Source of the DNA: Candidatus Komeilibacteria bacterium
GTDB taxonomy: Bacteria > Patescibacteriota > Patescibacteriia > UBA1558 > GWA2-36-10
Assembly (NCBI GenBank): GCA_018656065.1
Contig: JABHZY010000024.1
Coordinates: 160,970-224,969 of the forward strand
Length of the DNA stretch: 64,000 nt
Direction of reading: 5' to 3'
Shown here piece by piece: positions 47,782 to 57,649 of the stretch. Below the pieces are notes generated by a model that was given only the letters and a program-made list of their open reading frames with translations, made no database searches and was not told the origin of the DNA. The translations under genes were made by a program, and so were the position numbers. Within the stretch, counting starts at the first letter, position 1; each line of letters starts with the position of its first letter.

Positions 47782-49890
47782 ATGGGCCTAAAATACCACA
47801 AAATATTTACTCACGACCATATTAATGCTCGAGAGCTCTCTGAAGTATACATGAGTGACTCTTCTGATCATGGTCGTTTGTTTATTATGCTTGAATTACC
47901 TAAACAAAAGATAAATCAACAAGCCTATATTGATCAATTAATCAACGAAATAGCTACTTATTTTGATACTAGCGGTCAAGATGATCCTGAAACTTTACTA
48001 GAAGAAATTCTTCAGCAAATTAATCAACTCCTACCTGAAATGGGAGCTTCTATCAAAATTCGCAATTGGATAAACACTTTAGATTTAGCAGTGGGCATTA
48101 TTTACAATAATAATACCTATATGGCTAGTATCGGTAATATCAATGGTCTCTTAATAAACAATAAGCAGATCACTACTATAATGAATGAAAATACTAAACT
48201 TAATCCTAGCAAGGCTTTTTCAGATATTATTTCTGGTGAATTAGATGATGGAGATGGTTTAATTATTTCTACCAACTCTTTATTCGACTATATTTCTAAA
48301 GAAAAAATAAAACAAATAATTAAACGATATGCCCCTTCTGCAGCAGCTATTAAAATAAATGAACTATTAGAAACGGTGCCTGATTTTGTAACATTCAATT
48401 CATTAATTATCAAAAAACCAGGTATGAGAGACCGAGAAATTAATCCGGACGAACTTAAAAAACCAATTGATTTTGATGAAGAGGAAATAACGGACACTAT
48501 AAAAACCGAAACAGATCACTCACCCACTTCTCCACGCACTAAAACAGTTATAGATATGGGCGGATTAAAAAATGTGGACTTAGTAAAAAAAAGTGGCTCA
48601 TTATTTTCTTTATTTCCTCTATATTTTAAAACTATTGGCTCTATATTTACTTTTGTAGGTCGTAAAATAAAAAATAGTTTGCTATTTTTATTCTCGCCAA
48701 AATTTAGAGAGAAGAAAGAAGACGAAACTATAGATGGTATTAAAGAAATAACCCATAAAAAATATTATTGGTTCCAAAATTTAAATCTGAGTAAAAAAAT
48801 ATCGGTTGTCGTGCTGTTTGTGATTATTTTAATATTTTTACAAAGCCTAGTATTCTTAACTCAGGAAAAAGCTTATGACGCTAAAAATGAATATTATAAT
48901 AATGCTTTGATAACTATTGATGCAAAATATAAAGAAGTGGATGCCAAGTTAATATATGATGATGAAGAAGCTGCCGAAAAATTACTATTAGAAATTCAGA
49001 CTTTAATTTTAGAATTAACACCAAACTCTCCAGATCAACAAGAACGAATTGCTAAAATGTCTGAAACAGTCTTTCATAAAATAAATGACATACGCCATAT
49101 ACGCGTCGTACTTTCGCCCGTAGAGTTATTTGATATGAGCGATTCTTTATCAAATACTCAGGATATTGTACAAAAAGACGGTATATTCTATATTTTTGGT
49201 GATAATAAGCTTTATCAAATAAAAGATAATCTATTTGAAGAAATATTTAATTTTACTGATGGGCAAATAATTCAATCAATGACCGATTGGCCAGATAAAA
49301 ATAAAGTAGTGCTAAGTAGCCTAGACGCCAATAGTGAAATAAATTATATTATCTTTGATTTAGACAAAAAAGAAATAACTGGAGATTTAAAACAAGCTAC
49401 TAACAATACCTCAGTTAAAGATTTAACTGTTTATGGAAATAATTTATATGTTTTAGATAATCAAAACAATCAAATATTCAAATATCCTGAAAGTGGCGGC
49501 AGTTTTGCTAACGGGCAACCATGGATAAAAGAAGAATTAAACACCTCTCAAACTTCCAGTCTTACTATAGACGGTAGTATATATATTGTAACTAATGACG
49601 GTAGTATAAAAAATCTATTAAAAGGTGGTTTAGAAAAATTTGATTATCATGCCCCTCACCCAAATATAGGCACAGGTGCTATTATAAAAACATTCCGAGA
49701 TTCTGATTATCTATATATTATAGATCCAGCTAACAATCGTGTGATAATACTAGATAAAGAAGGTAATATTAAAGATCAATACACTAGCCAAAAATTTGAT
49801 GACTTAAAAGATTTAGCTGTTGATCCAGATGAAAAAACTATTTATCTATTAAACAATCAACATCTATATATATTAGCTATAAACGAATAA
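47782..49890 (+). CDS. Membrane protein with a degenerate PP2C-like N-terminus and a C-terminal beta-propeller
   Basis: 'SGELDDGDGLIIST'; one TM; NHL-like 'LYVLD...IFKY' and 'YIIDPANNRVIILD'. Confidence 0.65.
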   Translation: MGLKYHKIFTHDHINARELSEVYMSDSSDHGRLFIMLELPKQKINQQAYIDQLINEIATYFDTSGQDDPETLLEEILQQINQLLPEMGASIKIRNWINTLDLAVGIIYNNNTYMASIGNINGLLINNKQITTIMNENTKLNPSKAFSDIISGELDDGDGLIISTNSLFDYISKEKIKQIIKRYAPSAAAIKINELLETVPDFVTFNSLIIKKPGMRDREINPDELKKPIDFDEEEITDTIKTETDHSPTSPRTKTVIDMGGLKNVDLVKKSGSLFSLFPLYFKTIGSIFTFVGRKIKNSLLFLFSPKFREKKEDETIDGIKEITHKKYYWFQNLNLSKKISVVVLFVIILIFLQSLVFLTQEKAYDAKNEYYNNALITIDAKYKEVDAKLIYDDEEAAEKLLLEIQTLILELTPNSPDQQERIAKMSETVFHKINDIRHIRVVLSPVELFDMSDSLSNTQDIVQKDGIFYIFGDNKLYQIKDNLFEEIFNFTDGQIIQSMTDWPDKNKVVLSSLDANSEINYIIFDLDKKEITGDLKQATNNTSVKDLTVYGNNLYVLDNQNNQIFKYPESGGSFANGQPWIKEELNTSQTSSLTIDGSIYIVTNDGSIKNLLKGGLEKFDYHAPHPNIGTGAIIKTFRDSDYLYIIDPANNRVIILDKEGNIKDQYTSQKFDDLKDLAVDPDEKTIYLLNNQHLYILAINE

Positions 49891-49944
49891 AAAATTTATA
49901 CAAAAAAAGACCCTCGCTAGAGAGTCTTTTTTAATTTTGAGTTC

Positions 49945-50361
49945 TTATTTCAAAGTTGCAGTACCGCCACCTTCTTCAATCTTTTTCTTCATTTCTTCAG
50001 CCTCTTCTTTAGCTACTCCTTCTTTTACATTTACTGGAGCGCCGTCAACCATATCTTTGGCTTCTTTAAGACCAACTTGAGTAATCTCACGAACTGCTTT
50101 AATAACACCAATTTTGTTATCACCAGCAGCTGTAAGCTCAACATTAAATGAAGATTTTTCTTCAGCAGCTTCTTCACCACCAGCTGGAGCAGCAGCCATT
50201 GCTACTGGAGCAGCAGCGCTAACACCAAATTTATCTTCTAAGATACCTACTAACTCTGAAAGATCTAAAACAGACATTTTCTCAATTTCCTCTACAATGC
50301 TTTTAAACTTTGCAGGAACTACAACGTCTTTTTTTTCTTCAGTCTTTTTTTCTTCTGACAT
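49945..50361 (-). CDS. rplL: 50S ribosomal protein L7/L12
   Basis: [18 protein letters not shown]. Confidence 0.97.
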   Translation of the reverse strand: MSEEKKTEEKKDVVVPAKFKSIVEEIEKMSVLDLSELVGILEDKFGVSAAAPVAMAAAPAGGEEAAEEKSSFNVELTAAGDNKIGVIKAVREITQVGLKEAKDMVDGAPVNVKEGVAKEEAEEMKKKIEEGGGTATLK

Positions 50362-50403
50362 ATTATTTTTCCTTTCTTAATTTTTTTATATAAAATTTAT
50401 TAA

Positions 50404-50925
50404 TTATTCTTTTGTGTCTTTGATTGCGCTCAATACACCAACAAAGTTTCTTGTAGTACCAGATAGTACTCCTACTAAACCACTAAGTGGACTATTAATT
50501 GATCCAACCAATTTAGCAAGTAATTCTTCTCTTGAAGGTATAGTAGCTAATCTCTGAACCATCTCCGGCATAATGAAAGCATTTTCCAAAATACCACCAC
50601 CAAGATTTAAAACTTCACTTTTCTTAGCATACTTGTTTAAAATTTTAGCACCACTAACTTCATCATTATATGAAAGTGTAAGTGCTACAGATCCAGCTAG
50701 TTCATCTAATTGATCTGTTTCGCCCATATCTTTAATAGCTTTTCTAAGAAGGGTTTTCTTAACTACTAAATATTCGGCGTCATTTTGCTTTAATTCATTT
50801 CTTAGCTCTTGAATTGTTTTTACATTTGAGCCAGTATCTGAACTAAAAACGACTGATTTACTATCTTTAAGCTTATCTTGAACTGTTTTCAAAGCTTCTT
50901 TCTTTTGTTCTTTCGTTTTAGCCAT
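50404..50925 (-). CDS. rplJ: 50S ribosomal protein L10
   Basis: ELRNEL, VVKKTL, PSREELLAKL; directly upstream of rplL. Confidence 0.96.
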   Translation of the reverse strand: MAKTKEQKKEALKTVQDKLKDSKSVVFSSDTGSNVKTIQELRNELKQNDAEYLVVKKTLLRKAIKDMGETDQLDELAGSVALTLSYNDEVSGAKILNKYAKKSEVLNLGGGILENAFIMPEMVQRLATIPSREELLAKLVGSINSPLSGLVGVLSGTTRNFVGVLSAIKDTKE

Positions 50926-51016
50926 ATTATTACTGTTTACTTATAGTCCCGAGCGAAGTCGAGGGATTAAAAAAATCTGCGTAAAATAGCGCAGACAGTT
51001 AAAAAACTTAGTTTTT

Positions 51017-51076
51017 CCACCTCGGTAGGATATTTAATTCTTGGCTAAAATTAGCTAGAAACCCACTGTCTTTGGC
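51017..51076 (-). ncRNA. L10 leader (ribosomal protein autoregulatory RNA)
   Basis: CCAAAGACAGTGGG...TTAA..ATCCTACCGAGGTGG upstream of rplJ, followed by a terminator-like hairpin at 50970-50996. Confidence 0.8.
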
Positions 51077-51161
51077 TATTTATATTTAATTTATGTGATT
51101 ATTATATAGCAAAAATTCAATATTGTCAATTCCGTCCCATCATAGAAGGTGAAAATACTTA

Positions 51162-51722
51162 TTATTTCATAGTAAACACCTTTTTAAATAAATCGTGTCT
51201 AGCCTTAATTTTCTTTTTAGCAAAAGGAAAACAAATCTTCACATTATAATTTCTATCTAATTTTTCTAACACCCATTCTTTATAACCCTTTAGACTCCTT
51301 TGACCTGTTACTGCTATCTGTAGATAAAAATCATTATGATAGTGAGCCATGGCATCAGCCGTAGCTAAAATTTTTCCCTCTACAGTTTTTGGTTTTTGAT
51401 CATTAAAACAAGAGTGAGACAGTATAATCTTCTGAACTTTATCTATAGTCAATTTATTATACCCAAACTGCTTCATTACTTTTTCAGCTTCACGAGCCCC
51501 TATCTTTTGATGATCACCTTTTAATCCTCGTATCCTTTGCAAATCATGAAGCCATACACCAAGCATAACAATTTCTTTATTTGCTTTGGGTAGTTTAGAA
51601 AGTAACCATTTGGCAAATTTTTCTACTCCCAATAAATGAACTGAAAAAAACCAATCAGCTATTAGACCCTTTGAGCACTCTTTTTTAATTAAACTTTTTA
51701 TTTGTTGTATATTTTTACTCAT
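51162..51722 (-). CDS. HD domain protein
   Basis: H...WLHD...H...H...DAMAH. Confidence 0.85.
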   Translation of the reverse strand: MSKNIQQIKSLIKKECSKGLIADWFFSVHLLGVEKFAKWLLSKLPKANKEIVMLGVWLHDLQRIRGLKGDHQKIGAREAEKVMKQFGYNKLTIDKVQKIILSHSCFNDQKPKTVEGKILATADAMAHYHNDFYLQIAVTGQRSLKGYKEWVLEKLDRNYNVKICFPFAKKKIKARHDLFKKVFTMK

Positions 51723-51827
51723 AAAACTATTATATCAAAAAACCATCCATTTTGGAATGATTTTAGACAAAAAGAAAGACCCGCCACGTACTACGTAGCG
51801 GGTCTATCAGTCCACTTGGTGGACCAA

Positions 51828-52526
51828 TCAATGTCTCCTCCTTGAGCGAGTGTGCTCGTCCGGCTTCGGTGTGAAGACGAATCTGACAACCGCTTGTGGT
51901 TTCCACTCGCCACCGAGCTCACGATACTGGATCGCGGCCTCAACTCGAAGTTTCGAGTCCTTCTTGCCCCAGCGCTGGTGCGCATGGAGGTTGAAAGCCA
52001 TGTTGAGACCAACGCCATTGCTGATCATATCATCGTCTAGGTCACCCCAGCCCTCTACTTCAGCCCCGCATTCAATGAACGGACTGAGATGAAGCTCGGC
52101 CTGAGCTAAGTAGTAGAAGGATTTGGTTTCGAGTTGGTACTCCAGATTGGAATAAGCATGCCAAGTTTCCCATTTAGGATAGAGTCGTAGGCCAGTGACC
52201 CACTCCTCATCTCGGAAGCTGTAGCCTACTACAGATTCGAGGTCTCCAAACTGAAGACCAAGATACACATAGAAGGGCTTATCTTCCTTTTCCAGAACAT
52301 CGTAACAGACGCCCTGGAGACGAGACTTTACTTGATCGGACAACTGGCCCATCCAATCGAGTCTGAATTCACCACGCGGCGGATGAGTTGACTTGTCCCA
52401 AATGGGAATGTTTCCACCACGGGACAAGCCCTTGGCATCAACTTCCACCACAACAGCCATGAGAACCACGGCCGCCAACAAGATAACAAGCATCCTCTGC
52501 GAGGTAAGGCTTTTGTTAGAGAACAT
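51828..52526 (-). CDS. GC-rich orphan secreted protein, beta-barrel-like
   Basis: Signal peptide; many alternating hydrophobic strands; AAGGAGG SD; promoter TTGACA-N17-TATAAT at 52641-52669; terminator near 51770-51805. Confidence 0.65.
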   Translation of the reverse strand: MFSNKSLTSQRMLVILLAAVVLMAVVVEVDAKGLSRGGNIPIWDKSTHPPRGEFRLDWMGQLSDQVKSRLQGVCYDVLEKEDKPFYVYLGLQFGDLESVVGYSFRDEEWVTGLRLYPKWETWHAYSNLEYQLETKSFYYLAQAELHLSPFIECGAEVEGWGDLDDDMISNGVGLNMAFNLHAHQRWGKKDSKLRVEAAIQYRELGGEWKPQAVVRFVFTPKPDEHTRSRRRH

Positions 52527-52895
52527 GGTTCTCCTCCTTCTGTATTAAATCTTGGTTAGCTTACTAACCTGTTTTGAATGACCGATACTAAGGTATACGG
52601 TCAAAAGACACGTTTTGCACACCTTAGTAATGAATATAGTATTATATCACAAATTACAAAAATTGTCAATTATAGTTTATTATTATGATTAAAGTTATAA
52701 TTGACAAAATATATAAAATATGGTATGATTGTATATTCCGTAATGCCCTTTTTACAAACTAATATTCGCTTCTCCCCTAAGTATCTATAGGGTATTTTGG
52801 GGAGGAGCGGAAAACATTAACGAAAGGTAGTCCTAATCCTCCCAGTTACAGACTTCTGTAACTGAAATGTTTCTTTTTTCTATGGAGGTAGCGCG

Positions 52896-54260
52896 ATGCT
52901 ACGGACTCTATTCTGCGTCATGTTGTTGGTGGCGACAGTCAGCATCTGCGGTGCTCAGGTTCCGGAAGGTGGGCTTTACCGGCTCGCTGACGGCACTCAC
53001 GAGTACATCGTGGATGATGCTGATGATGTTGGTCTCTGGCAAGTGGCGTTCGGGCAGAAAAGCCTGTGGGCCGAGTTGGTCAAGGTCAATCCGCAACTAG
53101 TGGATCCAAACTTGATTATGCCCGGTGACAAGCTAATCATTCCCGAGGCACTGGTTCGCCTGTTCGAATTCAGGCGAGCTCCTCTGGATACTACATCAGA
53201 GGAAACCCATCTGAACGGCACCGAAGCCGACACTGAGGCCACTGTGGTCTCAATTGAAAGCGAAGATAAGAAGAGCTGGAACCTACCCTGGTGGGCCTGG
53301 ATCTTCATCGCTTGTCTCGTTGGCCTTATAGCCAGATGGTGGGGCTCAACTGGAGAGAATCAGAAACTCTCCGAAGCCCGCAGGCAAGAACATCAAGAAG
53401 AGGCCAAAAGGGAAAAGCAGCGAGAGCACGCCGATCCCTACCATGGACCTCCTGTGGTCCCGGGTGGCCTACCGACCCCTGAGCTAGCGGCTCGTCACTT
53501 CGCTGGTGAATACCAGAATCGGCGTGGTGCAACCACCGTGGACGAGTCTGCCCAACAACCCGAACGCGTAACCATCGACCGTATCGTACCGGTCGAGATC
53601 CGCGGTCAGTGGTGTGTGGCTGACGCCAACTCCAAGGAACCGGTCGAGAAGAACATCCCCGACTGGGAGCCTGCCTGGCAGTGCTTCCTCTCCGACGACA
53701 GTTGGTCTGTCACGCTCATGATGTGCGGGAACGACGTGTGGATGGGTACGCGAACCACTCCCATGGAGAACGGCGAGATCCAACCCCGGCAGGATATGGA
53801 AGCAATCGAGATGAACCAGCAGGTCTGGCCGATCGTCACCAACGAAGAGCCCGATGAGCTGGAACTGCCCGATGAGCTGAACAACCTCCGGGAAGTTCGC
53901 TTCAAGTCCAATCGACAGGTGGTCGTACTGTTCCACGGCGATCGCGAACAGGAAAACTGGGAAATCCCAGCTGCCCTGTCCGAGCTGGTCACGCTTTCGC
54001 TGAGCGAAGGTCAACTGATTGCTACAACGATCGACGGAACTCAACGAGTGCTCGGCGTCATCACGGATCAACCGGAAGCTGATCTGCAGGCAAGTCTCGA
54101 CAACGAGGCAGAAAGCCTGATGGGTCCTACTGATCCGGAAGCTGAGATCCTCGCTGCTGATGAGCAGGATGGAACTACTCGTCGCTACCAAGATCACTCC
54201 AGTCCACCTCAAGGTGGACAAGCCGCCGATCAACCAGGAGAAGATCAGCCGGAGGCCTAG
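52896..54260 (+). CDS. GC-rich LysM-domain membrane protein
   Basis: Signal peptide; LysM 'LWQVA...WAELVKVNPQLVDPNLIMPGDKLIIP'; TM; acidic tail; GGAGG SD; TTGACA(52701)-N17-TATGAT; terminator at 54289-54324. Confidence 0.75.
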   Translation: MLRTLFCVMLLVATVSICGAQVPEGGLYRLADGTHEYIVDDADDVGLWQVAFGQKSLWAELVKVNPQLVDPNLIMPGDKLIIPEALVRLFEFRRAPLDTTSEETHLNGTEADTEATVVSIESEDKKSWNLPWWAWIFIACLVGLIARWWGSTGENQKLSEARRQEHQEEAKREKQREHADPYHGPPVVPGGLPTPELAARHFAGEYQNRRGATTVDESAQQPERVTIDRIVPVEIRGQWCVADANSKEPVEKNIPDWEPAWQCFLSDDSWSVTLMMCGNDVWMGTRTTPMENGEIQPRQDMEAIEMNQQVWPIVTNEEPDELELPDELNNLREVRFKSNRQVVVLFHGDREQENWEIPAALSELVTLSLSEGQLIATTIDGTQRVLGVITDQPEADLQASLDNEAESLMGPTDPEAEILAADEQDGTTRRYQDHSSPPQGGQAADQPGEDQPEA

Positions 54261-54366
54261 CCTCCACACGCGATCACAGATCGCAAACGGCGGGCGCCCC
54301 TCACAGGGTGCCCGCTTTTCCTTTTGCCTAAAAACAAAAAACCCCTTAAAAAGGGGCTTTTATAGA

Positions 54367-55359
54367 TTAATCTAGATATTTAGCTTTATTCATCAAATGT
54401 TCATCATAATCAATGCTATATATCGCTTCTCCTTCGTGAGTAGTCAGAAAATAATAATAATCATTGCTAGTCGGATAAACTACAGCTTTAATACTATCTA
54501 TGCCTGGATTAGATATTGGCCCAGGTGGCAATCCTCTATACTTGTAAGTATTATATGGTGAATCAATTTCTAAATCAGCATAACTAGGTTGAGCTAAGCC
54601 TTTGCCAGTTACATAATTTACCGTAGCATCTGATTGTAAGCCAATACTAGCTTCAAGTCTTTTCAAAAATACATCCGCTATCATTTTTTTATCCTCATAT
54701 TGAGGCACTTCTCTTTCTATAATAGAAGCTAAATTAACTACTTCAAAGATTGTTTTATCTTGTTTGGCAATTTCGTCTCTAATATCTTGAGTTAATTTTT
54801 TATCAAAATTATTTAAAACTTTTCTAATTAAATCTTCTTCAGTGGTTAATTGATCTACAAAATATGTATCAGGAAAAATATAACCTTCTAGACTAGCGCT
54901 ACCAGGAGCATCAGCTAAGAAATCATAATCCCCTTTCCAACTATTTGCCTTAGAGCTTAGAATCATAAATTTATCACTATCCAACTCTGCCGCTTCTAAA
55001 GTATCAGTCATTAAAGCCCTGGTCCAACCTTCTAACAAAGTAATTGCATATTGAGATTGTCCTGGTCCTAAAACTAAAAGATTGGTCAAATGTCTCACAG
55101 AAATATTTTTTGGTATTTCATAAACACCAGCGATAACTTTACCTTCTGATTTTCTGAGCCATAGCCAAGTTTCAAAAACAAATTTGTTTTTTATTAAATT
55201 GGCGTCATGAAGTTCCTCACTAATGGCATTCACTCCTTGCCCATCTCTAATCACAAAAGTTTTATTATCAGTGCCATTGCCAGACACAATAGATATTAGA
55301 AACCAAATACTAGCTACTATACCAAAAAATACAATTAATTTTATTACAAACTTTGTCAT
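54367..55359 (-). CDS. mltG: Endolytic transglycosylase MltG
   Basis: LEGYIFPDTY, ASIIERE, LQSDATV, SPYNTY, GLPPGPISNPG. Confidence 0.95.
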   Translation of the reverse strand: MTKFVIKLIVFFGIVASIWFLISIVSGNGTDNKTFVIRDGQGVNAISEELHDANLIKNKFVFETWLWLRKSEGKVIAGVYEIPKNISVRHLTNLLVLGPGQSQYAITLLEGWTRALMTDTLEAAELDSDKFMILSSKANSWKGDYDFLADAPGSASLEGYIFPDTYFVDQLTTEEDLIRKVLNNFDKKLTQDIRDEIAKQDKTIFEVVNLASIIEREVPQYEDKKMIADVFLKRLEASIGLQSDATVNYVTGKGLAQPSYADLEIDSPYNTYKYRGLPPGPISNPGIDSIKAVVYPTSNDYYYFLTTHEGEAIYSIDYDEHLMNKAKYLD

Positions 55360-56405
55360 AAGTATTTATCTAAATTTTCTTTTTTAATCTCTTTAAGTAA
55401 CTCTTTCACATCTTGAGCTCTGTTGGCTGGACACAAAAGTATAGCATCCTCTGTTTCTACTAATATCATGTCCTCTACTCCAACTGTAGCAATTAATTTT
55501 TTATCGTTGAAACTATATAATAAATTATTTTTACTATCAAGTGTTACTAATTGTTTCGTATTTGAAACATTATTATTACCATCGCTCAAAACATCTTTAA
55601 GGCTTTTCCAGTGCCCAATGTCTGCCCAAGTTAATTCTGCTGGCATAACTAATTTATTTGGCATTTTTTCTAAAAGACCAACATCGATAGAAACTTTATC
55701 TACTTTAGCATATTCTGCCTCTATTAATGACTCATCTTTCTCAATATTTAATAAAGCTTGATAATGCTCGGGCAAATACTCTTTATACCATTTTAATAAT
55801 TCCTTAGCTTTAAATACAAAATACGCTGCATTCCATAAATAATTACCAGATTCTATGAATTGTTTAGCTGTAGATATACCTGGTTTTTCCTTAAAAGATT
55901 GTACTTTGTGTATATTTTTCTTTACTTCTTCTCCTAGCTCAATATAACCAAAACCAGTTTCTGGATATTGAGGTTTTATACCTATAAGCAACATTTGATC
56001 TGATTGGGCTTCAATAATTTGTCCTGCCTCTTTTATTATATCTAAATATTTTTCTTCCTCCTTGATATAATGATCGCTATTAACAGTAGCTATAATTGCC
56101 TCCTCATCTATATTTTTTAATTTCATAGCTGCATAGCCAATAGCCATGGCTGTACCTTTCCCAATTGGTTCTCTAAAAATTTGTCTATCTTCTATATTAA
56201 TTTGCGCCTTAGTGTCATCTGCCATACTAGCGCCAGTTACTACGAAAATATTCTCCTTAGCAAAACCTTTTAAAATACGATCATAAGTATTTTGAATCAA
56301 AGTCTTATCGTTAAGTAATTTTTGAAACTGCTTTGGATTTTTTTTACTAGATAGTGGCCAAAGCCTCTTACCTATTCCACCTGATAATATTAATGGATAA
56401 ATCAT
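55356..56405 (-). CDS. manC: Mannose-1-phosphate guanylyltransferase
   Basis: GGIGKRLWPLS, PKQF, FKEKP, WADIGHW. Confidence 0.88.
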   Translation of the reverse strand: MIYPLILSGGIGKRLWPLSSKKNPKQFQKLLNDKTLIQNTYDRILKGFAKENIFVVTGASMADDTKAQINIEDRQIFREPIGKGTAMAIGYAAMKLKNIDEEAIIATVNSDHYIKEEEKYLDIIKEAGQIIEAQSDQMLLIGIKPQYPETGFGYIELGEEVKKNIHKVQSFKEKPGISTAKQFIESGNYLWNAAYFVFKAKELLKWYKEYLPEHYQALLNIEKDESLIEAEYAKVDKVSIDVGLLEKMPNKLVMPAELTWADIGHWKSLKDVLSDGNNNVSNTKQLVTLDSKNNLLYSFNDKKLIATVGVEDMILVETEDAILLCPANRAQDVKELLKEIKKENLDKYL

Positions 56406-57152
56406 TTAAGTTAATTTTATAATTAAAGATAAAATAAGTGTGTATACAAAAAATAAATAAAAATAATCTCGCTTCATAATAAGCTTGAGTAGAATTAAAG
56501 ATAGATAGCCTATTATAAAAGTAAGTACAAAAGCTAAAATATAAATTGGCTCAAAAACAAATCCACGAGCAGTTAATAAAAATGATCCCAACATAGCTGG
56601 AATAGCCACTATAAATCCATAATCAAAAGCTTGAGTCTTTTTTATTTTCATAGCTAAAGCCAAAACTATAACTACTCCACTTCTAGATAAACCAGGCAGA
56701 ACAGCAAAACCTTGTACTATACCTAAAACCACGGCGTGTTTCCAGGTTAAGGATTGACCTCCTTTAGTAAATTTACTAGCCAAGAGTAAAATAGCAGTAA
56801 TCAAAAGCCAATTAGCAACAGAATCAACCGTACGGAAAGACTCTATATTTTGATATAAATGATAGCCAATAATCGCTGTAAATATATTAGAAATAATTAC
56901 GTACCACCACCAATTTTCTTTTTTGTTTTTTTTGGGATCAAAAGGAGCTTTAATAATTTCAATAATTTGTTTTTTAAAAAACAATAAAATAACAGCCAAG
57001 GAAGCAATGTGTAAAAATATATCAAAAGACAAGCTAGCTTCTTTAATATCAAGCCATTTCTCAAACAAAACTAAATGGCCAGAACTAGAAATAGGTAACC
57101 ATTCAGCTATACCTTGTACAATGCTTAAAATTAACGCTTCTGTGAATTCCAT
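56406..57152 (-). CDS. uppP: Undecaprenyl-diphosphate phosphatase
   Basis: EWLPISSSGH, PGLSRSG. Confidence 0.93.
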   Translation of the reverse strand: MEFTEALILSIVQGIAEWLPISSSGHLVLFEKWLDIKEASLSFDIFLHIASLAVILLFFKKQIIEIIKAPFDPKKNKKENWWWYVIISNIFTAIIGYHLYQNIESFRTVDSVANWLLITAILLLASKFTKGGQSLTWKHAVVLGIVQGFAVLPGLSRSGVVIVLALAMKIKKTQAFDYGFIVAIPAMLGSFLLTARGFVFEPIYILAFVLTFIIGYLSLILLKLIMKRDYFYLFFVYTLILSLIIKLT

Positions 57153-57212
57153 TTTAATTACTTTATTTTTCTGTTATAATGACTTTATAATAATATATAT
57201 AATAAATCAAAT

Positions 57213-57647
57213 ATGAATGAATACAAGTTTTTCCTAATCCCCCTACTCGCCTTAGTGATCAACCAAATTATCAAATTAATCATTTTCCTAATAAAAGGTA
57301 GGTTTTCTTGGTCTCAAATATTTTCTTATGGTGGCATGCCATCTTCTCATACTGCCCTCTCTACTTCATTAGTGATTACCATGGGATATCTTAGGGGCTT
57401 AAATTCACCAGAATTTGCTATATCTTTGATTGTGGCTATTGTAATAGTTAAAGACGCTGCTGGTATTAGACGAAAATTAGGCAAACAAGCTTCAATAATC
57501 AATCACTTGATTAAAAAACTACCAGCTAAAGAAGGTTATAAATTTCCTGTGCTAAATGAACGATTTGGTCATACCAATGCTGAAATATTAGTTGGCTTTC
57601 TACTTGGTATTTTCACTACATATCTATTGATAAAACTAATAGTATAA
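57213..57647 (+). CDS. Divergent PAP2 (DUF212) family protein
   Basis: GGMPSSH, DAAGIRR, GHT. Confidence 0.9.
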   Translation: MNEYKFFLIPLLALVINQIIKLIIFLIKGRFSWSQIFSYGGMPSSHTALSTSLVITMGYLRGLNSPEFAISLIVAIVIVKDAAGIRRKLGKQASIINHLIKKLPAKEGYKFPVLNERFGHTNAEILVGFLLGIFTTYLLIKLIV

Positions 57648-57649
57648 AT

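Noticed and set aside
53484..54269. 261-aa antisense ORF, and similar ORFs over 29627-30563 and 39720-40291
   Set aside because: Shadows of GC-rich genes where stops are rare; promoter, SD and terminator support the opposite strand.
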